A stretch of DNA of 63,061 bases, counting the filler, from Choristocarpus tenellus KU-1152 (lineage: Eukaryota; Protista; Phaeophyceae): NCBI GenBank assembly GCA_964200185.2. It is 11 parts of 11 records of this genome, joined end to end, with 100 filler letters (N's around TTAATTAATTAA, not from the genome) between each part and the next. Parts side by side here need not be neighbours in the genome. Positions count along the whole stretch, not along the records: positions 52,997 to 58,752 come from CAXNAD020009833.1; positions 58,853 to 63,061 come from CAXNAD020015685.1; 9 more parts are not named here. The stretch is one strand, 5' to 3'. A program made the translations under genes and the position numbers. Shown here in pieces: positions 53,960-63,061 of this stretch. The notes beneath the pieces are model-generated. The model was not told the origin of the DNA. It made no database searches and saw nothing but the letters and a program-made list of their open reading frames with translations. How positions within the stretch are numbered: the stretch's first letter is position 1; the number at the start of each line of letters is the position of its first letter.

Positions 53960-56260
53960 GCAGATTTTACTTTGTATCTAATTTGGAACGACTAACAATG
54001 AACATCACGAGAGTTGTCCATTTCTACTGTAATGAACCTGTTCTATAACCACCGAACATGAGCTGTATTATTAAGAGAGTTGTCCATTTCTACTGTGATA
54101 CATCTATTTGGCTCAAAGTATCTGAGGGGGAAGGTGCAAGGAAGGAGAGTGAACTTCAAAGCTCAGAGGTGTTTGTCACCTTACCATTCATATTCTAATA
54201 ACACGTCACTTATTCTCTATGTTGTAGTGTAATAATTCTGATAATATTCTCAAGTCTACTCATCAACAGAAAACTTTCTTATCAATTATCCCGTTATCGA
54301 AACACAATCCAACAACTGATATTTATCCTACGAAATCTTTTGCACATGAATAAAAAGCATATTCTGAACAGAAGTGCACTTACATTATCCACCCGACGCA
54401 TGCAACCAAATCACCCAAAAATCGCCACATGGAAAAATGGCCCCCCGAATGGACAGCCGCCCCCACCCCCTAGCCAGATACTTTGAGCCTTTCCTATCCG
54501 CTACGTAGGAGCTGCATTAGGATAGTTGTCCATTTCTATCGTGGTGTACCTATGTTCCAACCGCCGAAGAAGTGATAGATTACGAGAGTTGTTCAGTTCC
54601 ACTATGATCTACATATTTTGCATCCACCAAAGGAGTTTCAGTACAATCGTTTTCCATTTGTACCAAAATAATGTTAAATGCCCAGAGCTACATCACGAAA
54701 GTTATTAAATTCTACTGCGGTGTACATATTTTGTAACCGCCGAAGGAGAGTAACTGTACACGAGTTGTCAATTGCTACTGTAATGCACATTTTTGTCAAC
54801 TGCCAGAGAGGAATTACATTGCGAGATTTGTCCGTTGCTACTATCATGTACCAATTTTCCAACCTCCAAAAGAGGAAAGATATTAGGAGAACTCTACGGT
54901 GATGTACCTACTTTGTTACCATCAAAGAGGGGCTAACTACTACTAGAGTTGTCGACATCTACTGTTATGTATCTATTTTCGAATCGCCAAGGTGGAGCTA
55001 CATGACGAGAGTTGTCCTTTTCTACCGTGATGTACCTATTTTGTAGCTGCTAAAGAGGAAGTGCACCACGAGAGTTGTCTATTGCTACGATGATGTACCT
55101 ATTTCCAACCGCCAAAGAGGACATACGTCTTGGAGGGTTCTATCGTGATCTACACATTTTTATTACCGTCCAAGAGGAGCTTAACTACTAAAGATGTCCA
55201 TTATAGCTGTTCATTTCTACTGTTACGTACCTATTTTATATGCGTCAAAGAGATACACATCACGAGTGTTATCCTTTTCTAGTATGGTGTATCTATTTTG
55301 TAGCTGTCAAAGAGGAGATACATTACGAGGATTGTCATCTCCATTCCGGCTGTGATGAACCTATTTTGTAGCTGCCAAAGAGAGTAAGTCTATAATACAT
55401 CAGCAGAGTTTTCCGTTTCTACTATGATTTATCAATTTTCGAACCGCCAAAAAGGAGCTACATCACGAGATGTGTACACTTCTACCATGATGTACGCATT
55501 TTGTATCCGCCAAAGAGGAACTATATTACGCCACTTGTCCTTTTCTACTGTGATGCACCTATTTTGTAACTAACTGCCGAAGATGATGATGATTTCAAGA
55601 GACATGGATGTATATCGATACTGTGACGTACCTATTTTGTAACCGCCAAAGAGGAGATACAACATGAGAGTTGTCCATTTCTACTGTGATGTATCAATAC
55701 TGTAGCCGCCAACTAGAAGCTGCATTTGGAAGTTGTCCACTTCTGCAATGGTCTCATCTATTTGCAACAGGACCTACTTTTGAAAGGTTGTCCATTTCTG
55801 CAGTGCTTATTTTGTAACCGGTAGAGATGAGCATCATTACTAGATAACATCTATTCGTACTGTGATTAATCTATTTTGCAACTTTCAAAGAGGAGGTACA
55901 TAACATGAGCTGTCGATTTCTACTGTGATGTTCCTATTTTGTAATTGCCAAAGCGGAGCTACATTACGAGAGTTGCTCGTTTCTACTATGATTAACGTAT
56001 TTTGAAACCGCAATAGAGGAGCTACATCGCAAGAGTTGTTCGTTTCTATTGTGAGATGCCTTCTTTGTAACCGCTGAAGATGAGTTTCATACAAGATATA
56101 TATACATGTGCTCTGATGCACGTACTTTGTACCCGCCAAGAAAGGAGATGCATTACGAGAGTTGTCCATTTCTACTACGATATACCTATTTCTACTTGCC
56201 AATGAGAGGCTGCGTTAGGATAATTGTCCACTTCTATTGTGATGTATATCTATTTTGTTG
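53960..56260. repeat. Degenerate tandem array of ~30 x 63-bp units
   Basis: Consensus GAGTTGTCCATTTCTACTGTGATGTACCTATTTTGTAACCGCCAAAGAGGAGCTACATTACGA, interrupted by a family B MITE. Confidence 0.92.
54110..54489 (-). mobile_element. MITE family B with ~240 bp of foreign internal sequence, inserted in the 63-bp array
   Basis: GGCTCAAAGTATCTGAGGGG ... CCAGATACTTTGAGCC with a TTT/TTT TSD splitting one array unit. Confidence 0.82.
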
Positions 56261-57165
56261 TGAACAGAAAGGGCACGGTTTTGACTCTTCCAACAGTTGT
56301 GTAACTACCACCGTATGCTTAACTGCATTTGGTGCTTCCTCAAGGCATCTGCTAGTATCTTGTCAACGAATAATTCGCCAGAAAACTGACAGAAGCAGGT
56401 TTAATTTTGGATCCTTCCGACGCTCGTGTGAATTCCAAATGCTACTGGTCGAGTCGCCTGTTGGTATCCTTTCTACCATATTTTACAGATGACACAAACA
56501 GAAGCAGTTCTGGATCCTTCTAATAGTTTTGTAATTGCCATTGCGTGCCTAACTGCGAGTGTTTTGCTGCTTCAATCGCTTGTTTCTATCTTGTGAAGAT
56601 TTAACTTTTGAAATGAAATGATAATGGTCTATATCCTTCCAACATTTAGGTCCCTCCAACTGTTTGCCTAACTACTAATGTTGGTGCTCATATCATCTAT
56701 TCACGTCTACATTTGGAATATTGGGCGCAGCTATATGCAGCTTGAATCTGCGTTTTGTGCTACATTATTACTCTATGTGACCTATAAAACCTCTCCAGTT
56801 CGATAAAAATTGTGTTGTGTCATTGGATGTATCAAGTACTCTTAGTAGCTATGAGCTGCAGTAATTCGTTTTCAATTCCCTGAATATCCATGTAAAACTA
56901 GTCTCTCTAAGGTGTCTTGAGTGTTCAGGTAGATATTGCTGTACTGTCCATCAGAGTAAACATCAAGGCCCACCTTCTAAGAAGATGGGTTTTTAGTGCC
57001 CTCTCCTTCATAATAAAATAAGAACGAGAAAGTGTTCTTGTAGTGACCTAATGAATTGAACACAAAAAACAGGTGGAGAAGCGATGTGTAGATTTGAAAA
57101 GGGAGAGAACCGAACAAAGACATAGTAGTAGAGCACACTGATTGTTTCTAACAACCATGCTTAGT

Positions 57166-57345
57166 GGCTCAAAGTATCTGGGGGGGGTGGCGGGTGTCCA
57201 TTTGGGGTCCATTTTTTCCATGTCACAATTTTTGGGTAATTTGGTTGCATATATCGGAGGGATAATGTAAGTGCACTTTTCCTCGTTTTGCCCCAAATGG
57301 ACACACCCTGGTGTAGACCCCTCACCCCCCCAGATACTTTGAGTC
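57166..57345 (+). mobile_element. MITE family B
   Basis: GGCTCAAAGTATCTGGGGGG ... CCCCCAGATACTTTGAGTC with an AGT/AGT TSD. Further solo B ends lie at 5130-5149, 23107-23133, 33482-33505, 37758-37794 and 48023-48047. Confidence 0.9.
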
Positions 57346-58911
57346 AGTAAACACCTCACCACACGGGAGAAGTTACTCCTTCCTACTGAGTAAGGGGGAG
57401 AAAAATATGAACAACATGAGTATCCATTCGTCCCTCAACCAAAAAGATCTGGGAGAGGGTAGGCAAAGAAATGTATGTGAAGGTTTGAGTTAGCTATGCG
57501 GTGAGCTGGCAAAAAAGAAGACTCGTCAGTCCAGTCCTATTTTCGGTGATCTGGCTATCAAGTCCCGAGTCCCGCATAACTATTAGTGAGGAATCTAGAA
57601 ACATGCTCATAAAGAACTGCTTCTTTCCCATAACAATTAAATCATTGGGAGTACAACAAAAGATTATGGGAACTGCCCAATCCACTTCTCTAAGCCTTTG
57701 CCACCCAAATACAGCAACAGTTTGTCTTAAACCTTAGCTTGACCTACTGGCTTGTCATTGGCTCGCTCACCAAACCCTCCTACCCTCCATAGATACACAC
57801 TGTTATAATATTAGTATTATATTCGCCCAACAGATTTGAAGCCTCTTAAAACATGCTTTTCATATTGATGCAACAACAGTGGTTTCTGAAATCGGGAAAT
57901 GTTTGTTGTTGCTGGTGGAAAATCACATTCCTTTTTAGAAAGTCAGATTCAAAACTGCGAATACTACTACAGATATCAGGCCTTAATCGTCTCATGATGC
58001 CACTACAACCTATTACAAAAACTAACCCTATCACCGTCAATTAAAGGCCTGGTCTAAGTGTGCATATATATATATATATATATTAGACGTTTTCCAATTC
58101 AACATTACCCTTCCACACACCTTCAGCTTTTCAGCCTCTACTATCCATTTAACTGCGACCTCGACAACCTGAAGCATACAATTCAACCCAACTATATCAC
58201 GTTTGTCCTGCTTGCCATCAAGAAGCTGAAACGCAACCCCCCCCCCCCCCCCCCCCCCCCGCCTTCCTTACTGCTTCCATTTCTATGCAACCACCCTCCA
58301 AGCGTGGATGCCCATCGGTAATGATACTACTTGCAGCGATTCTCATGTCTCGAATTCTGATGCACAACGCGTCAAAGCATTCAGAATCGGAACACATTGT
58401 GGTGAGATACTAGAAATGATACAGTGGCCACCCGCACAGACAATTGGTAGAGTTGGTCGGCCCGACATGGAAATAATCAACAAAATGCAGACTTATCTGT
58501 GATCTGTCGAAATACTTACTTATCCAAGTGCTCTTTCCAAGCAAGAAACTATCCGTACACACAGTATGCTAAAATCGGAACTAACACCTATCCTTGGCAC
58601 AACAATAAAATATCTATCGCCTCTGTCGTGGCTCTCACGGCTGGTCCTGTTCGCTTGCTTCTTGCATACTCTTAAGGACAAACGAGCGAGGAGTCAAGGA
58701 AGGGGGAGCAGCAGGGAGGGGGGACTGTAAGTCACGGGAAGGAAGGGGAGGGNNNNNNNNNNNNNNNNNNNNNNNNNNNNNNNNNNNNNNNNNNNNTTAA
58801 TTAATTAANNNNNNNNNNNNNNNNNNNNNNNNNNNNNNNNNNNNNNNNNNNNTGTTGTTTCTTTGTTGTGTTGTGTGTATGGTTGGGGGTGTTTTTGTTC
58901 TTAGGGCGTAC

Positions 58912-58942
<31 letters not shown>

Positions 58943-60165
58943 TAGGAGATAATATAGAGTGGGAAGGGTAAATTTAAAGGCTGCAGTAGTGGCAGTCTTC
59001 AGCTTCAAAAATCGTTTCATAGATAACACACGTTTGCACACCATTTATCTTTCCAAGTAAACAGGGCAGAGGCTCTGTATTGTTTGAAGGGATGAGGAAG
59101 GCAAGGAGATAAAGGGCTGTTTACCTGGTTCATGGTAGACCAAGGAAGCAAGTATGAGATGTTTTCTAGGCAAGAATAATCCGTTCAAGATTTGATGGTG
59201 CAATGTTGACAACCTCTCATCCCTTCTTTTTTTCATACTTTGATGTAATGAGCACATACATGCTGGTACTGCCCAGAGCATATATAGTGAATGTTGGGGT
59301 AGGGGTGATAAAGTGGCGATAGGCTCGAGACGGGTCTCTGAAAGATGGAAACCCAGATGGCTGGTGTAACTATATATTATTGCTGCTGTTATGTTGCAGT
59401 ACTATTCTTGTGATTGGTGCTTGTAGCTGGTTGGCTTGGCGATGTCATGTCAAGGGTTAGGGGTTGAGGCTGTCTGTTAGATAGAGGGCTGTAAAACTCA
59501 AGTTAATAAGGAAGGCACACCGAGCAGATCTGCTCGTGACTTGGTAGATGTTTGGGTTGGGATGGGGAGTTGGAATGCACTGCCATTGTGAATGGGGGCA
59601 ACCTATCGATTTTTTTGTTGGGGATACTGCCTGCACAATTGGCATCCTTTTGCAGAGCGATCTTGATTGATTTATGTGTCTATGTGTTCTTTAGTGCATT
59701 ATTTGAAATATACCTATTCTAGTAGTAGCACCACAAGAATTTCCTCTCGTGAAAATAGGTCATTCTTAGTGCCTACAGCACTACTAGTCAGAGTGAGGAA
59801 ATGTTTGACTAATGCATTGACAAAACATCACTACATACCTCATAAAGTATGAGGTACTATCATGAATACTAATTGGAAGAAAGTTGGAACTAGAGCACAA
59901 TAGTTACATTCTTGACTACTTTTCTGTATCAACAGAGCAAAAAAATAGTCTGGGGACAATGTAGTTGTTTCTTCTTAAGGTTCCATAGTGGTCCTTTTGA
60001 CACAAATGGTGCTCTTCCATGATGATTTTCATACTTCCTCCATTTGGGTTTAATGTAACATAACTTTTGGAAGCTTTATTCTTGACCAACGACTCACGTA
60101 ATAAACGCTCTAGACGAGGCCTAGTTCTCATATAGATTGGGAGGCATGCAAAGTTTGAGGCAGTG

Positions 60166-60327
60166 AACAGCCGACCTTAAAAATTGAGGATGGAGCTTTT
60201 CATTGAGGATGGGATAAAGTGTCGATATGTATAATAAAAAAACATATCGATACTTTATCCCAGTCAATTTTGGGTCAAGCCCATCCTCAATGAAAAGCTC
60301 AATCCTCAATTTTTGAAATCGGCTGTT
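60166..60327. mobile_element. Foldback MITE family D (162 bp, 48-bp TIR, 4-bp TSD)
   Basis: AACAGCCGACCTTAAAAATTGAGGATGGAGCTTTTCATTGAGGATGGG and its near-perfect inverse, flanked by AGTG/AGTG. Confidence 0.88.
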
Positions 60328-60452
60328 AGTGGGCTGTCTTGACAGTGAAGGATCGCCAGTGCAAAGTTGATCAATTAGTTACATTTGACGGGGTTCAAAA
60401 ACCTTGTGAAACCGTCAAAGCGAGTGTTGATTGGGATGCGTAGGACGAAGGC

Positions 60453-62044
60453 CCCCCGTCACCACCCCGGTCCAAACTCTTCAACCCAGATATCTATCTG
60501 GGGTCCAGACTCAAACACCGTGATGAAGAACAGGGTGGTGACGTGATGCCTGGAAGTAAGAGGACATAAGACTCGGATGCCTTGGGGGACGGCGGCTGCC
60601 ATTGTGGAGGACTTGGAATTTCCCGAATCTTCGTGTTCTGTCATCTGAAGGAGTGTGAAAGCCAGATAGCACAGGGTAAATGCATGGATATTGTACTACC
60701 TCTCCAGGGGCGATATGACCGCTGTTCAAGTATCCTCAGTGTTTGGGATATTCCATCGGTACACAGCACATCCTTCCACAAATGGGCTGCCAAAGCTGGG
60801 GTCTCCCTTGTCTCGATGTGATCTGTGCAAGCGCGAGAAGGTGAAGGTCAAGCAGTGGATTAAACCAGTCCTCTCAGACTATCAGAAAGCCGTTAGGGTG
60901 GGTTTTGTCATATAGCCACACGCACAGGAGGGGGGGAAGTGGGGTAGTAGTGGACGATTTATTGGACTGGGTGCATGTGGATGAGAAGTGGTTTTACATC
61001 CTCAAAGATGGGCAAGGTGTGTACCTGCACCCCACTGAGGACCCCCCCCAAACCCCCACAGACACAGAATAGGCATTACATTACAAAATATGATGCTCCA
61101 GCCCACTCTAGGAAGCTCTCCAACTGGATGTGGTTCAATACAAATCGGGATCTAGCCAGTCGTAGACACTAAGGTCACTCCAGTAAACACCATCCCAAGG
61201 GCACCAAGGTGCTTGGGTCAGTCACGGTGGATGGGGAAAGGTACAAGAAGCTCATGATCGAGGATACCATCCCGGCAATCAAGGCTTGCTTGCCTAGGTT
61301 GGAAGGTTACACCATCTTTGAGCAGCAGGACAAGGCAAAGCCACAATCAACAGGGGGATCTTGGAGGATCATAGAGGCAATCGAGGAGACATCAGGGGAT
61401 GACAATGTCGTAGAGACCCAGCCATCCAACTCACCTGACCTCAACATCAACAACCTGGAATTCTTTCATTCGATAACACCTCCATTACCCATCCCTACTC
61501 ACACACCCGTTTGTCAACCTTATCCCACCCCTGTCCCCACAACCTCACCAAAAATATGCCTTCAATTAAGGTTGCCTTTTTATGAGAAGAGTAGAAAGGA
61601 GACAAGCAAGCTCAGTTCAACGCTGTACATGCCACAATATTTGGTAAGTTCAGGAAAGTGTTGAGTTTCCCTTTTTATGGTGCCATTATATCCTTGTCCT
61701 GTATGCATATTAATTGTGAGAATGACGCTTTCAGGAGATAAAAATCAACCCTGTTGTTGGGTAAACATTTAATCCCCACCCTGCTCTAGCAACTGAAGGA
61801 AGATGTGGAGGTGACCAACACAGAGGAACTGGTGGAGCCCACAAAGGAGGTGTTCGAAGTGCACTCCCAGGAGACACTAGAGTGTGTCTGGCAGAGCCTC
61901 TTTGCAGTCTACGGTGAAGGGCAGGGTTCCAAGGGTGACATCTTCTTCAAAATCTTTCATTTTAGAAAGACTGAGAAGGCAGGCAAGCTCCCCCCGAATG
62001 CTCCGGTGGATGCGGTGAAAGACCATGCTAGAATGGAATTTTGA
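60453..62044 (+). mobile_element. Second decayed DD39D-type mariner transposase pseudogene, interrupted at ~61476-61786
   Basis: QWIKPVLS, VHVDEKWFY, FEQQDKAKP and QPSNSPDLNINxLEFFHSI, then after the insertion QLKEDV...TLECVWQSLFAVY. Frameshifted. Confidence 0.88.
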
Positions 62045-62946
62045 GGGGAGTTTTGGAGGGCTTCGGGGGCAGAATCATAGGTAGGTGTAGGCTGCCCCAT
62101 TTTGCTTGAGATTTTGGTAGGCAACTTTTAGTGTCTGGATAGTACACAAATAAAATATGAACATGTGAAAAAAAAAAACTTGCTTCTTCATCATCAGGGC
62201 TGCACATGTTTTGTTACATTTTATTCTGAACGGAGGAAGATATCATTTTCATAGTTTTCCTTCTAATAAGAAATGAACTGTAGAAGGTGCCTATATTGTA
62301 TGTACCCTTCAGCAGGACTCTGGTAAACATGATACCACACTGTTGATAAAATCCCGTAGCCAGTATAAACTTAAGAATAAAGTACAAACTTAGAAGTATC
62401 GCCACCTGTGCATATTCATCAAACTGGCCATTTGTTTGCTGACTGAGAGAAAAGGAATCACCATATATATCTCTAGTGATAACTAGCCATCTACTAATTA
62501 ATGCCAGGTCTATGTTGGAGGTGTCACCTTCGTCCCAGTCTAGTAGTGGGAAGTGCATCCAAAACTGCTTCGAAGGAAATGGAACACCCCACACCCAAAT
62601 GTAGAATATAGGACAAACAATAAAGAGGATATACGGCTCCTACGCTCTGTTGTACTACGAATATATGCTGAACAAGACATTACTCTCCCGAATAAGATGT
62701 TCGTGATTGGGTTCCTGTATGGGCCCAATTAAAAGTTGACCAACCTGAACCGTGGTTATGTACCACTGGTGTCAAAGAAGCGAGCTCTGATTCTGATCGC
62801 ACAAAATTGTTTTTGGGAAAGTGGTGCCAGATCCCACTATCTACTATTATTACTTTCGACACATGCTCTGGTTCATTGCATGTGGAGATATCAATTGAGA
62901 AAGGGATAGGAGGGGTATTCCGGTTGAGTGGGATGAAGTCAGAGTA

Positions 62947-63061
62947 GAGCGAAAGTATCTTAGAGGGTACGAGTTTTGCCCTGTTTGTCCATTTCGGGCT
63001 TGGCTTCTCATGTATATTTTTATGATATTTTTCTACTCCAAAATGTTTCGGAGTAGGTAAA
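62947..63061 (-). mobile_element. MITE family A, runs off the window
   Basis: GAGCGAAAGTATCTTAGAGGGTACG... Confidence 0.88.

Noticed and set aside
53960-56260. 63-bp array as a CRISPR-like repeat-spacer array
   Set aside because: The whole unit is homologous between copies, with no constant repeat plus unique spacer and no cas-like ORFs.
62214-62862. Minus-strand ORFs possibly forming a gene with 59045-60131
   Set aside because: I could not build an in-phase exon chain or recognise a domain.

Overview
This is eukaryotic, intron-rich DNA, most likely from a brown alga (Phaeophyceae) or close stramenopile; the best marker is a spliced mannitol-1-phosphate dehydrogenase gene. The window is 11 short contigs joined by artificial 100-bp linkers (N44-TTAATTAATTAA-N44), so adjacency across gaps cannot be trusted. 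Most ORF-track entries are spurious, and the real genes appear only after splicing exons by hand: an R2R3-MYB transcription factor, a signal-peptide protein of unknown family, a B4GALNT3/4- or chondroitin-GalNAc-transferase-like GT7 glycosyltransferase, M1PDH, mitoribosomal protein mS35 and a low-complexity protein. The window also holds the 5' part of a U2 snRNA gene, a decayed Ty3/Gypsy element with a tRNA-Ser PBS, two decayed DD39D-type mariner transposases, at least five MITE families and a ~30-copy degenerate 63-bp tandem array. Three observations stand out. (1) A degenerate tRNA-like element (A box, B box, T4 terminator) sits head-to-head 108 bp upstream of U2, an architecture known from trypanosomatid Pol III snRNA genes. 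(2) Related MITE families share G-n4-AAA termini but make non-specific 3- or 4-bp TSDs. (3) The 63-bp (21-codon) array is flanked by a second ~115-bp repeat. All calls come from reading the sequence by eye; no searches were run.
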